A stretch of 64,000 nt of DNA. It comes from Lophium mytilinum. Taxonomy: Eukaryota. The translations under genes were made by a program, and so were the position numbers. The notes below the pieces were generated by a model that was not told the DNA's origin, ran no database searches, and saw nothing but the letters and a program-made list of their open reading frames with translations. The DNA is taken from contig MU004181.1 of the NCBI GenBank assembly GCA_010093605.1, positions 1,984,001 to 2,048,000 on the forward strand, given 5' to 3'. This document shows positions 39,660-52,753 of this stretch, one piece after another; position 1 is the first letter of the stretch, and each line of letters begins with the position of its first letter.

Positions 39660-42410
39660 ACTACTGCATAATAGGGGTTACAATGCGTAATTCTACTATA
39701 ACGCTGCTAGTATAGCTTATAGAGCTCTAATACTATATATAAATATTTATATAGCCTTAAGTAGCCCCTAGAGGCCCTTTTTAGGTTATATTTCTAAGGT
39801 GCTATAAATTTAATTACATTATATTCTTCTTTTAAGCTAAGCTTATACTTCTATTATACTTAACCCTTCTTATATCTAGAAGGGGAGGGAAAATTAATAC
39901 TTTTCTATTAATACTAGCTAAGCTAATATACTCTTAGTTCTTCTAGGTAGCTATTCTACTACTAGAACTTCTTCTACTAGGACTTCTATAGCTACTACTA
40001 CTACTAGAATAGCTATTATTATTCTTCTAAGGCTATTTTAGAGGCATACTCTAAGTTAATATATTTTAGCTATACTTACTAGCCCTATTCTTCTAAAGAA
40101 TAGTATTTAGAGAGCCTATCTAACACTAAGTAGAGTTTAAAGGGGTCTCTCTAGTAGAGTTATTATTATTACTAATAGATAACTAGAATAAGCGGCAGCT
40201 TAATAGTATATTAGAAGTAGACTCTTAAAAGCACTATAAAGAACCTAAAGAAGAATAATAAAAAGTTAAAGAAGTTAAAAAAGTTAAAGGCTAAGTAGAA
40301 GAGATTAGAGAGTATTACCTTAGACCTTAAGTACTAGAACCTAAAGTAGCTATATTTTCTAAACCTAATATAGCTGCGGATAATTACTAGAAGCTAAATC
40401 TTAAACTAAAAGCCTAAGTAGAAGCACTACTAGAGCCCTATAGATAATATTAAGCTATTAAAGATTTAAAAGTATAAGAAATACCTAGATTATATAGTAG
40501 TATAGTAGTCTTTCTTTAAATTAATTCTATTAGTAGCTATATAGCTAAGGCTAAGCGCACTATATTTTTAGCTAGGTTCTTAAGAGATTCTTAGTTATAA
40601 AGAGAAGATATAAACTTAGTAATATTATAGCAACCTTATTAAATATAAGCCCTAGTAGTCTTCTAATAAGCTATTAAAGTCTATCCTTCTATAATAGGTA
40701 TTAGCTAAGTTTTAAGATACTTTAAAAGTAAAGCTAAACTTACTTTAGAATAAATAAGTCCCTTTACTACCCTACTAATAATATTCTATATAGAATTCTT
40801 AGTAGAGAGAAAAACTATCTAGATTATAAGCCTAAATATATTTACTAAACTAATAGCCTTCTAAGAATATTCTTAAGTAGTAGTTATAGGTTCTATAGAT
40901 AGAAGAAGCCCTAGAATCCTTACTATAATCTACCCTTAAGCCTAAATACTATTTAAAAAGCTCTATAAAGTGTAAAGTATAGCTATAGTTCTTATTTAAA
41001 ATTAGTTTATTATTTCTAATATTACTAAGGAACCCTTAAAGTAGTATATTTCTCTAAGCTCTACTACTACCTTTAAACTTTAGAGGGTATTTAGTATAGT
41101 TTAAATAATTAGAAGCTACAGCGTAGCATTAAAAGGCTTAAGAAAGTAGAATAGAGTTATTAAAGGCTATTAGCTATATATAGTATAGATTATAGAACCT
41201 CTAGACTATTAGAAGGTTAATAATTAATATAAGTATAATAGTAACTAGATCTTATTAGTATTATTAAGAGAAAAGAGCTAAACTATTATTAAAAACTTAC
41301 TATAGGCCTATAAGGCTTTATAAGCTAAAATACCTAAGTATTTATAAGAGCATAAAACCTTATAACTATAGCTAGAGTCTAAAGAATTATTACCTTTATT
41401 ATCTCTACCTCTTTTATAGAGTAAGCTAGAGGCTATAGAATCTAGCTAGGTATTAAGTAATATTATAATACTAACTTAGAGTAAGAAGAAGTAGCCTAGA
41501 AGCTAAGAGAGAAAGAGTTCTAATAAAGAAATTAATAAAGAAAAATAATAGTAATAAGAAGAGAAGCTATAAAAGCCTTTAATAAACCTTTAAAGCTAAA
41601 AGAAGCTTAAACCTTAAAGAAGAAAGTTAAGTATAGAAGAAAGAGTATAAAAGTATTAAAAAGGCCTTATATATACTCTAGATTTTTAAATCTATTACTT
41701 CTAGATTACTACTTACTACTCTATAATGCACTAATAGCTTCTTAGACCTATATAAGATTATAAGCTTCTTACTAAATTATAAGAGACTTTATAAGATTTC
41801 TAATAAGCCTATTATTAGCTATTATAGCTCTAATTGCATATTAAAACCTAATGCGCGCTAGTATACTAATATTTATATTACCTTATAATTCCCTCTATTA
41901 TAAATACTTTATAATCTCTTTTAATTCTTTCTTACTATTAAGCTATTAAATATTCTAATACCTTTATTATCCCCTCTATTAATATAGTAGTAGGCCTTTA
42001 AAGAATTCTAAACCCCTCTTAGGTATATTACTATAATATTACTACCTACTAATACACCTTTTATAGTATTATATACCCCTAAAAGCTTTAAAGCTTTTTA
42101 AGAAGCTAATAGCCTAATATACTAATAATACACAGTATAAAGTAGTAAGCACAATATACTATTATAAATATAATTTAATAGTAAATTAAATCTAGAAGAA
42201 AAGAATATAGAATTTTTAATATATAGTTAATATTTAGATATTATATATATAATATATAGATCTACTATAGAAACGCCTTTCTATATAAATTTAGTATAAT
42301 TAAGGCCTATATAGGCCTCTCTAACGTGTATATAGACTAGCTAGATTTCTATATAGAATTAATATCTATTATCCTCTAAATTCTTATATTACGTGATCGG
42401 AAATATTACA
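28070..42410 (+). mobile_element. Ty3/gypsy LTR retrotransposon, RIP-degraded, interrupted by a LINE
   Basis: Partial 5' LTR 28070-28188 followed by TCTAGTAGC (PBS-like). De-RIPed RT WKSPVLFV.KPNGKWRMCIDYRALN (about 29760-29830), RNase H ETDASDFAIG (about 30635), integrase WGIDLIG (about 31490), in RT-RH-IN order. Purine tract then 3' LTR 42206-42410. N gaps at 28060-28069 and 29955-30214. Confidence 0.9.
33586..39832 (-). mobile_element. Tad1-like LINE retrotransposon, apparently full length, RIP-degraded
   Basis: Minus-strand RT motifs GIPQGS.LSPILFLFF (about 35960-36005) and GFVDDVNIL (about 35880-35905). (TAA)n 3' tail at 33586-33600. Direct repeat TAAGCTAAGCTTAT at 33572-33585 and 39833-39846 is the candidate TSD. 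Confidence 0.85.
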
Positions 42411-43690
42411 GATGCGAAAAGAATTAAGTAGGTCCGTGCAACCAGCTGTGATCAGGGCGGCGAGGTCATGTGCTGACTTACAAGGAAGTCCTTGTGTCAG
42501 AGAAGCATTGATGAACGAGAAAGTATCGAAATCTCCCTGCTGCAATCTCTGCGGAAAGCTTGAGATTACTGAGACTGTCGATCAATTAGATGAGGTCTAT
42601 TTTTGTGAGTTGTACGCGTACTTCCATCTGTCCATAGCACCATTTGGTCCACAACAGCAAGAGTGGCCATGGGGTAGTCTTTTTGAGCTGAGGCTCTCAT
42701 GATCAGTTGGTCTTGGTCCTTGTATTCAGTGTCCTCCTCTGTTGGGTCGAAGAATTGGTCTAGTGTCCGTTGAATCCGGAGTGGTGGATCGCTCCAGCGT
42801 CTACCAGGGTTGGAAGCACTCATGTAGGCTTTAGCCAATCTTTCATGCTGCGATATCTCGGGCCTAATTGGAGCCCACTCAGGACCTTGTAATGTCCGAA
42901 TAGCGCGTGTCATTCTAAGTAAACTTTCTGAAGTCTCATAGCTTAAAAATGGCATCTTGATTATAAGCGTGAAGTTTCATACTATGGAGGCGGCACAAAC
43001 CTGTACAAGGATAATCTTGTTGCTATCTTCCCCCGAAGAAGCATTAGATCGATTCTGTTAGACACGATTTTTTTAGACTTTATCCTCGAGTGAATTTGAC
43101 GGTGAGTCCGTATCTTACCGGAAGTATCTGGCAGAGGGGATCAAAAGAATACGAATGAGGAGTTGACCCTCGAAGCTGGTAGCTCTTCCAGACGTTGTCA
43201 AGCACTGCTTGCTCGACGGGAAACTGGATTTTATACATGAGATCCTGAGATTGCTACATTAGCCGCCTCTTTGTTGTTAATCATCCAAACTCATGTAGGC
43301 TTACCTCGATCCATTCCAACTATCGTCAGATCAATTAAGTTTCAGCACGTCAACGCCAAAAGTATGGTGTCCGTTACTTACATTCACCGTAGGAAGATGG
43401 ATCCATCTGAATGCGCGTGGCGTCGATGTCGTAGCAAGAGTCTTCGGCGTCACCGAGTCCATAAGTGCAGAAGGTCCCAGACCATACAGCACATCAAAGA
43501 CCGATGCGGATCTGCGCACAAATGTTACTTTTTCTCGCCCCTCCGGTCCCTCTCGGTAACAGTCCACGATGGATGCTTCGAAATCGTGCACGATCGACAA
43601 CGCATCTGGGGAGGTTGGTGGGTTTGGGACAATATTTTGAGGTGCGTTTGAGTGCGGCGATATGACGGAGATTTCTGCCTTCGGATTCAT
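42411..43690 (-). pseudogene. CorA-like-domain-associated fungal protein, 3'-truncated at the LTR
   Basis: ATG 43690. Motifs FRWIHLPTVN, MPFLSYET, LRIQRTLDQFF, AVVDQMVLW and VISSFPQR...SAHDLAALI resemble fungal CorA-like/ankyrin proteins. The frame runs open into the LTR at 42410 before any transmembrane segment. Confidence 0.7.
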
Positions 43691-44059
43691 AATTTCATGG
43701 AAGATACAGATACATCGAAATAGGTACAAACCTCTTGGAAATCTGTAGTCAGAATGGCCGAAGTATGGCGGTCGCACAAACTCTTCACAGCAGAAGAACA
43801 GCAGCCCATAGACCTGCTGCGGGGGGCTTGTGCGTGCCAAGGTGTAGACCGCCGTTTTCTGTCAGCTGCAGCTTCTCTACCTAGGTATACTCCACCTCAG
43901 GCAGCCACAATCAAGTAGAGGGTTTCATCCAGCCAATGCGCATTGCACAACTAAAGCTCAATGGCTCGGATCTTCTGAACCTGTTTTCACTGCCCCGTTT
44001 TTAGCATGACCTCGCCCCATCCGCGTGGAATTAGGCATCGCTCTTTGGTCGCCTACCAG

Positions 44060-44295
44060 TACAGTACTAGGTCTTGCGTCTAGGCACATCAACTCATTAC
44101 AGGTTCGATCCAATTTGCTCACTAGATATCACTGTTGGGGGAAGCCTGGCTACTAAGTAGCCGATTAGTCAAGAAGCAGTCTAATTTACACTGCTTGAAC
44201 CTCGACATCACTCTTGGATCTTCACAATCCTGCAGGGGAACCGCAAGGAGTGGCAAACCAATGTGCCCGGACTTGTGGTCTGTCACTGTACCATG
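44060..44295 (-). repeat. Dispersed copy of CCTTACAGTGG repeat family
   Basis: tacagtactaggtc (44060), tcactgttgggggaagcctgg (44129), tacactgcttgaacctcga and gtctgtcactgta are shared with 27419-27645. Confidence 0.8.
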
Positions 44296-44570
44296 CTCAT
44301 CTACCTTGAACGGTTTGACAACTTGTCTCAATCCGGGCGAAAGTTTGGTGGAAGAATTGGAGTATTCTGCAACGAGCATTTCGATATGCCTATTTATTCA
44401 TTTAGCACTACGTAAATCAGAGACCATATATACCCCCTATTCTTCTTCAGTGCGTCCACTTGGGAGCAAGCTTGATGTCTTACATCGCGATTCCAATGCC
44501 GCGGGTCCTCCGCACGTGAGCGCCAGAGCCCATGGATCCATCGAACAGTTTCATAACACATAGCACCTGC

Positions 44571-47319
44571 TTACTCCTCGTCTTCGAAGTCAAAAGCCTT
44601 CGCAGCGGTCCCGCCACAAGCTCTCTCGAGGGTCAAGAATGCGAAATGCCCACCAATGACAGGTCTAGCAAAGAAGTTCGGGCCAGGGAACCCGCCGTTG
44701 CCCTCCGTGTTATAGAGATCAGTAAAAGGGCGGTCCGTGACGGTTTCGTTGAGCCACTTTGCGACGCGGTCCAGAATATCGGACCGGACCGACTTTGATG
44801 CCACGGCAGCGGCCTCAAACTCCCAATCGGACTTGGTGTACAAGTGCCGAGAGTCAAGCGGCAGCCCATACTTCTGCATCACAGCCGCGTACCACTTGGA
44901 CTGGACCTTGTAGATGTGGTCTGGGATGAAATTCTTGGTGATCGGCTTGCGCTCTGGTGGAGGTTTGATGGGGTGCTGTGGGTCGCCTTTCCCGTTCTTG
45001 GCGGCCTCTTCAAGTGAGAATGGATGTTGAGGGTTTCCAGCTGCGTGGAAGTCTGGCTCATCGGCTGACTTCTCGGCAACAAAACTCTCGTTGGTGATTG
45101 ATGGATGGAAACAGAGGACGGCGTCGGCGTAAAGACTGTAGAGCGTTGTCCAACTGCCATACCAGTCGTATGCTAGCTTGGCGTGAGAGCCATCACGCGA
45201 CATGCCAAGCTCTTGCCATTTCTCAATATATGTTTCGGAGATATTCTAAGTCTGTTAGCCTTCATCAATCTTTCGCTTGCAGGAACTGCTCACTTGGAAT
45301 TCCTTCTTATCGTCTGTGTAGTCCAACACATTCGCCAGCTCGCTCATAGCTTTGATACCAACGATTCCTTTGAGGGCAAGGTTGGTCTGCAGAGCTAGCC
45401 ACCCAGCAAAGTCATCCGTGCAAACTGAAAGTTGTTAGCTCGATGTCTGGGCGGGAGTAGATTTGTGCTCACGCTGATTGTGTGGTTCCAGACTGAATTC
45501 AACCAAATACCCTGTCCACTTCTTCCAGAGAGGATAGCTCTCTCTCAGCCACTTTTGCGCTTGCTTGACACCCTTGGTTCCTCCACCCCAGGTGTCGTCA
45601 ATATCTGGAATGCCGTTATGCATGCCCAAAGAAGTCAGAGCAAAGGCGCTTTCCGATGTCGCATGGTAGTTGGTGTTTCCAATTGTAGACCATATTGACT
45701 GAGCTTCGGCATCAGTGTTGTAGCTCAGAGAGTTGACCAAGGAAAGGCCCATGATTAACATGTCTCCACATTCCTCCACGGGCATGTACTCGTCCCTTCC
45801 ATCAGCGTGGCCTGTCAGGTTTGGGAAATGGGAGCCAAGATCATGCATCGAGTAGTTGTTAGGGTACTGCCCGCTTAGCTGGTGCTCGATCAGTGGTTGT
45901 AGAAGGTATGCGCCCCAACGCGGGTTCGTGTAGAGGAAGAATGGCCAAGCCGGGAATATAACATCAACGGTTTGCGTGTTTCCGTTTGAAGATATCTCCT
46001 TCAGAAAGAGGAGTGGAGCTTCTGGTGTTCCTCCAAAACTTGTCGCGCCCATGGTTTGGCGAGCAGACAAGGCCACGATGTCGACATAGTTCTCTGAGCC
46101 AGACTGGTAGGCATCGACCCTAAGCTGGTCAGAGTAGTTCCGGGCCAAAGCATTGGCGTTTGCGAAATCGCCATAATGGTAGTGGATCAATTCCTCGTCC
46201 TCGATGAACCAAGACTTCCACAATGGCCTCATGTACGTCAAGCCACGTGCGGAGGCGTATTGAACGATTGGGTCCTGGATGTGGGCGATGGTGAACAAGA
46301 CGCTGTCCGAGGTCTTACTCTTGCCAAGGCTGGAAGTATTTCCGAGTTTGAAAGACTTAGAGAACGCGAATACAGGCTCTTCGTCCATAATACCTCGGAA
46401 AGAGCCATCATTGTCGTTTTGTAAGGTTCCCGTCCGCGAGAAGCGTTGACGCAGAACTGCCGAAGTACCAGACTCGTGGCGTACACCGGTGGGCGCGGAG
46501 AAGTGAAGCTGTCCCCACTCTGCCTGATCGCCCCACTCGGTCAGCTCTTGTTCAATTTGGCGCTTCACGATCCAAGTCTTGAGGTGCTCTGCGCCTCCGA
46601 CTGGCTCGGGTGTGTGAAGCTTCCACTCGATCTTGTTCCCCCGATTGCCGCTGACCCATTGGCCGTTCACGTCAACATAAACATCAATATCAAAGTCGCC
46701 ATCTACGTATACAGTCAAGTACGAAGCAGGGAGAGACTGCCGTAGCGTCGAGGACGGTGTCACCGGAGAGAGGAAGGATAGGGTCAGGAGGAGGTTATCG
46801 GCGCCTCGAGTGGGGGCCGGGATTGCGTAGGACAGGTTGGTCACAGAAGCGTCGTATGTAGCACCTTTATAGATCGGATATGAAATGTTATAGCTGGAGT
46901 AATGGTTAGCTTCGCTCGTCCGTAAGCTCGATGATGCACCTACTCTCTAGACCTCTCGCTCAGCGAGTCCTGTGGCCGACCAAGCAGCGGGAACACGGTA
47001 TTGGTGTCAGGTGTGGAAGCTAGAATCGCAAAGCCGACCTGTTTGAGATGATTTAGCATCAGTATTCACGCTCAATCGAAGCTCAACGGAGGCATGTAGA
47101 GCTAATCTAACGCCGGTTGAAGCAATGGGTGACGCTGACCTCGGAGCCAGTCCAAAAAATGGGCCACTTCTTCCACGGCTCCTCCCTGGCATTGCCCAGC
47201 CATGTACTGAGATATGGATTGCGGACAATGAGCGGGAGGACAGGCGGAGTGAGGGCAGCCTTCGCAACGCCTGCCAGAAGCGCTGTCGAGGCCGTGGCGA
47301 TGGCGCCGAAGGAGCGCAT
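44571..47319 (-). CDS. gtaA: Glutaminase A (GtaA-like; DUF5127/DUF4965/DUF1793), secreted, multi-exon
   Basis: Signal peptide, then PPVLPLIVRNPYLSTW; FLKEISSNGNTQTVDVIFP; HDLGSHFPN..GH.DG.DEYMPVEECGDM; YGLPLDSRH.YTKSDW; FFARPVIGGHFA. Confidence 0.92.
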
Positions 47320-47866
47320 CGTGATGGCGGGCGGATAGGTGGTGGCGGGGACAATGCGGGCAACGCAAAGCAATGCAGAGAAGGATAAAATCTAGCACAA
47401 AGAAGAGGGTATCGCGTTCATAGGTTAAGTATAAGTGAATAGAGGCCGAGGGATGAAGGCTGCGAGAGCTGTCAGCTGGCCTGGGAGCTTGACTTGCGGG
47501 GAAGCGGTGCACCAATCGCGGTCCTGTGCCTTGCCTCACCCCCTTGGCGGTGCATCTTCTCCGCCTGCGCGTGACGCCTGCTGCTTTCCATCCCTCCTCC
47601 TCCACAACGTTGCCCCATAGGTTCGACACCTGGATACATCGTCCTTGCATCATTCCTCACCCGAAGACCTGTTGGTAAGTAGTCACGACCTCGAACGCAC
47701 ATTCTTGGAGCTAATCCGTCATATGAGAAGCCCGACGGATGTCCGTCTACCATTTTCTGTATCAAAGAACTGTGGTACAGGACCTCGAGCACACCATGTG
47801 CCTATTCCCAGCCGCTTGAAGAACCGCCTTCAAGGAAATATCTGCATGCAACGTACCTCGTGCCAT

Positions 47867-49477
47867 CTAGCATCGCTCAGTCGTGGTGAGCAGAGGTGAG
47901 TTGTCAGGCTCCGGCGAGTCCTGCACCCCGCGACGCTTCAATGCCTTCGAAACGACCTCTCTCAGCGCGGCAATAGAGTTGCCTCGCTTCCTGGCCTCTG
48001 GTGTCGGCGAGCTGATGGTGTTCCTGATTGACTTGACCGGGCTTGGCGTGCTCTGAATCCATTCGTCGACCGACGGCTGCTCCCTCAAGGCCGACAGCGA
48101 GCTGCTAGAGGCAACCTTTCTCGGCGCTCTCTTTGGGAATGATGGACGGGACGGTGATAGCTTCAGTGAGGGTGGAATTGACAGTCTGAAGTGCTTGGGT
48201 GTCTTGACAGCCCTCTGGTGTGCGACCGGCAACTTCGTAGGCAATGGAGGCAGAGGCCGTAGCGAAGGCGGCGTAAGCGTGGCATACTCACTTGATCCCG
48301 AGGCGTCACACTCGTCGTGGGCCATCGTGTCGCCCAGCTCCTCATAGCCATGTAGGGTTTTCCTTGAGCCCTTTTTCTTTGAAGCTTCACCTCGAGCTCC
48401 AGCTGCCGAGCCATTGTCCACCCTCTGCAGGCCGAGCTCCCGGAGTTGATCTGTTCGCGGTCAGATTGATATAACAGTAGTACATACATGCCTCGACACA
48501 AAAATGTCTACCCTCCTCTGCGGCTGTATGTGACGCCTCAAGGTAGTGTAAGAAGTCTATAGGTATTGTCCCTTTGAGTCATAGGCGCTGTGTCGCTGTC
48601 TGAAGTAGCCCAGCGAAAAAGCGTGTTTGGACCGATCAGCCGCCGACTCGTTCAGACTCCGAAACCGCGTCGAAGACATTCAAACAGCCGCAGGCAAGTG
48701 TTTCCTAGATATGTGACGAGACATTGTAAGACATACCCATTGTCCGATAGTGGTATTTGAACGTGGCGAATGGCTTATCCACCGGATCGATGAGGGCGAA
48801 CTTGTAGAAGCGCTTAGGACTGAACATCTTTGAGATCCCGGCGTCCACGAGCCGATTTCTTTTGTCAGCCGTAGTCCTATCATAGCTCCTCCGTGCGCTC
48901 TCGAAAGGGTGTTCACGTACTCAATTCCTTGCCTCTGGCCCGCATGGAAGCTCTTCCCGAACTCCTCAAGCTGCCTCGGAACGCGCTTCCGTCCTTTGGC
49001 CCGGTATACCCTCACTTCCATGAAAGCTGCGGCATCATCCCAGTGGACCTCTTTCCCTTTGTCATCCTTGCCACCGAAGAACAGGGCCCGCTTCTCTACT
49101 CTCTTCCTTCCATACTCGTCTTCGGGTCGTTCGTACAGGCCGAACATGGTTCTTCCAGCCCAGCCCTCTTCCGGCCCACAGCCCCAAGAGACCATGTACA
49201 TACCATTGAGAAAGAGCTTGAAGAAAAAGCAGGAAAGATCCGGCGGGATTGGCGGAGCGATGGAATAGTTGAACCAGAATTGAGAGGATGGGTAGGTGGG
49301 AATGTAGACTTCGCAAGTCGAGCTTGGCTCCTCACGTACCTTGTTCTCGTGCACATCCGACAGAAGCTTTGGGGCACTCGCATCTGGAGAGGGCTTCTCG
49401 GGCGCAACATATTCGGGAATCGTCTGGATGCCGTGCTGCGAGCTAAGCTCGAGTTTGATGCTGCGATAGCGCGGCAT
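47867..49477 (-). CDS. Conserved fungal hypothetical protein (multi-exon)
   Basis: MPRYRSIKLELSSQ...IPEY, CEVYIPTYPSSQFWFNYSI, FFFKLFLNG..VSWG, MEVRVYRAKGRKR; later exons include ...IDPVDKPFATFKYHYR and ORF 47867-48421. Confidence 0.7.
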
Positions 49478-49986
49478 CGTCAATTCGCCGCGGAGGGCTT
49501 GCGCAGATGGCAAGGCCTGTCAGTCGAGAGTGTTGGTCAGATGGTACAGGAAGGTGGGAGGGGGAGGTCCGAGCTACTTTAGGCGTCGAGGTCGCGTTGG
49601 GTGAAGTGGCCGTCTCGCGCTTACCAGATCGGGACGACGTTACTTAGATTACGCCGTCAATCTCAACACACCACCCCAACCGTCAATCTGCAGCAAGACG
49701 AACGCCGAAACTAGTGCCTCTGCCAGTATCCGCATGTCCTGCGCAAACCGAAGCCTCTCACTGTTTGTCGTCTTGCAGGCATTGCTTCAGTCCGCCCTAG
49801 GCGAAGCGACCTCAATCCGACAAAAGCCTCACTCAGCATTCACTCCCCCCTGCCTCCAAGGGTAGAACCCTTGGTCTTCTCACGTATTCCTCACTGGCTT
49901 CCTATATATTCTGCCTCCTCAACAGACCACTCGTCTTTCTTTTCACATCACCACCACCCGTTATCACCACTTCTTGGACGCTCCTT

Positions 49987-50054
49987 CTCCAACACTCCTT
50001 AACTTCCAACACTGCTCAACCTCCAACACTCTTCAACCTCCAACACTCCTCAAC
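49987..50054 (+). repeat. 17-bp tandem repeat x4 in the putative 5' UTR
   Basis: ctccaacactcctcaac units, downstream of the TATA-like ctatatatt at about 49902. Confidence 0.85.
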
Positions 50055-50154
50055 CTCCCTTCCCTGCGACGACCAGGGCAAACTCACTCTCAAGGCTTCT
50101 CACCCTCCTGCTGTCCTCTCTCTGCCAACCACTATATCAGGCACCACCAGCACC

Positions 50155-51695
50155 ATGACTATTGTTGCTACTGCACTTCGTCAAGTTGACGGCCCATCAC
50201 CGGTGCCAGTCAACAAGCCTGCCCGACGCAAGTGGAAGGCCAAGACCTTATCCAAGAATACTCCCACCTCCGTACCTGCGGCTCCAGCTCCAGCTCCGGC
50301 TCCGATGGAAGGCCCCAAAGCTGCGGAGTCTGCGCCGATGCCATCACAGCCTGCCAAAGCAACTGATTCCAGGCCAGAACCCACGAAACAGGCGGATGCC
50401 CCTCACCGGAGCAAGCCCACGGCGCGCGATGAGGTTGTGCTTTCACCACCAGAGTTCACTAGGCTCAAGACAGGTCAGAAGGTGAGCATCGTGGTGGGCG
50501 ATCCGGGAAACCAGTATATTGCCATCGAAGCAGCCTACGCCAAGGTGCTTTCCCACTACTCCCAGTACATGAAGCAAGTTCTAGCTACTGACCACTCCCC
50601 GCGACTTATCATTCCTCGCGGCGACAAGAATGTCCTTCTCTTCATCTACCGGTGGATGCTAGCCGGAGAACAAAACAGCAATGCTAGAAACGCCCTCAAG
50701 TTCGAAGACCTACGACTTCCCGATCTGATTGCGCTCTACTACCATTGCGTCTTCCTGGAGTACCACTCCCTCAAGGAGAAAACATGTGCTCGACTGGAGT
50801 GGAAGCTGAAGTCTGTCATTCCGACTATCGAACAGCTGTCCGTCATCCTGGCCTACACTCCCGCAGTGGCCGAGAATGCTGTCCAGGCCGTTGCGAGACT
50901 ATTCTTCCGGCCCGTTTGTTACGATTTCTCCGCCTACCTTAAGCTGGCGAGCGAGGACCCCGAGTTTGGCAGAGCTCTAGATGATGCCATCGCTCAGCTC
51001 AAATTGAGTCTGCTCCGCCAGCACAACAATCGTCCTCAACGCCGTGGTCGGTCGAACCAGACCCGGACCGATATCGTTTCGCTAAAGCGCCAGTGGGGGT
51101 CCCAGCAGAACACCAACCTCCAACAGAGCAAGAATGTCCAGACGAACGGTAACCCGCGGCTAGATCCTGCAGGCGCTGTTACCGAACCAGCTTCGAAGGC
51201 CGAGGAGGTAATGAATACTACTATATCGCGACGCCGTCGAGCGAAGCGCTCCATACCTAAAGCAAAGGACCTCGCGCCAGCAGCTACGCCGAGCCAGGAG
51301 AATTCAATCGCTACTCCTCGGGTAGTCCTTCCAACTGTTGGCGCCAGAAAGCCCCATCCTCGCAAAGCCCCAAAGCCTACGAATGGCGAAGCCGGTGACA
51401 CGCCTGACACGCCAGCAACCTTCGTCAAGGCAACACCCAACCACCTCCGTGCTGGGCGGGCACCAGGACCTCGTGCGCCTCTCAAGCCTGTCGGACAGGC
51501 ACCTAACTACAACAATCCGGGAGTTTCAGAGCACCGCGGCCGTACACGCCGCCGCGCTGTAGAGGTTCACCGCAACGGTGAAGGCATTACTACGTCTGCT
51601 CGCGAAGTAAGTCTCCTTCACGATGTACCAAACAATGAGCTAATTTCAAATAGGCCAAGCCAGGAGAGATGACACGCACCGGGTTGGTCATCTGA
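50155..51695 (+). CDS. Divergent BTB/POZ-like protein with C-terminal NGEG...TRTGLVI tail
   Basis: KVSIVVG...KVLSHYSQYM...VLLFIYRWM...LIALYYHCVFLEY. Intron 51607-51653 gives the terminal exon AKPGEMTRTGLVI*. Confidence 0.75.
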
Positions 51696-52753
51696 TAGGG
51701 AAGTAACGGCGAGTAGGCGGTACTCAGGCGATGACTGAGGCATCGTTCGAAAACCCTGACATTTCCCTTTCACAAACAGCATCCCCGATTCTGCTTTCTG
51801 CTTTCGGCTATGGCTTTCACGAAAAAAGGAATGGCCTGCTTTGGTTCAAGTATTGGAAACTCCATGGGCATAATTGACAGTGGGATTGGACACTCCAGAA
51901 GTCTGCCCAGTTTTCCGAGATGCGGTACAGAAGCGATAATGAGCCGGCTGCCCACTTATCGACAAGTTAGGGCGACAATACTAGCATCAGATAGTCTTAC
52001 AATTAACAGCGTATATGAGCCACAGCTGCATCTCAATTATGGGAAGGAAAAGTGCTATGAAAGCTTTCGCACACGGTCTGCTTGGTATTGCTTTGAGCCT
52101 AACGAATAACTTAGCTTAAGACTTTGATGGACATCAAATTATCTATGGGCTCGGTGGTAAGTTCAAGATACTGCAGGCCTGTCGAAGCGGCATGCCAGAA
52201 GATGGGCTAGTTGTCAAGGTAAAATGCAAACTGACTTTTCCCTGCTCTCATATGACTGGTCACTTCACTACGCCGCTCCTGGAATATTTTGAACACAAGT
52301 ACGAAAGGCGACGCTGGTAGGTTATTGGAATATCTAGCTCTATCTCCAAATTTCGAGTGGTGGTATGAAAACGTGACGCAAATGACATGGTGCTGTGTGG
52401 TGAGTGCGTTAAACGGGCAAACGGAAGGCTTGGCAAGTCTGCGGACTGTTCCTGTCCCATCCTTTCGTCTCAAGAGCCTTGGGATGGTGTTGGGCTTTCC
52501 TGGCCAGTGCGCAGGCTGCCGTTGCTCTACAGTCGTGTTGTTGTTTCCGCGACGCGCCCACGATCTATCCATCTTCTTTCACCAACCCCCAACTCTCATC
52601 CTCGCTTCAACGCACAACATTCACTCCAATAACATTGATAACTCTCACAGAGTTTACTACCGTACATCGTAAGTGCTGCGACGCTTCTGACTTCAAACCC
52701 TATGCTCATGCGACGAATAGACAACACACGACACACGCTCACTAGAACAAACA

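Noticed and set aside
28070..42410. Centromere or horizontally acquired AT-rich island
   Set aside because: Fully explained by RIP-mutated gypsy and LINE sequence; only about 14 kb and flanked by genes.
10222..44500. Starship-type giant element carrying the accessory genes
   Set aside because: No DUF3435 tyrosine-recombinase captain and no recognisable boundary repeats in the window.
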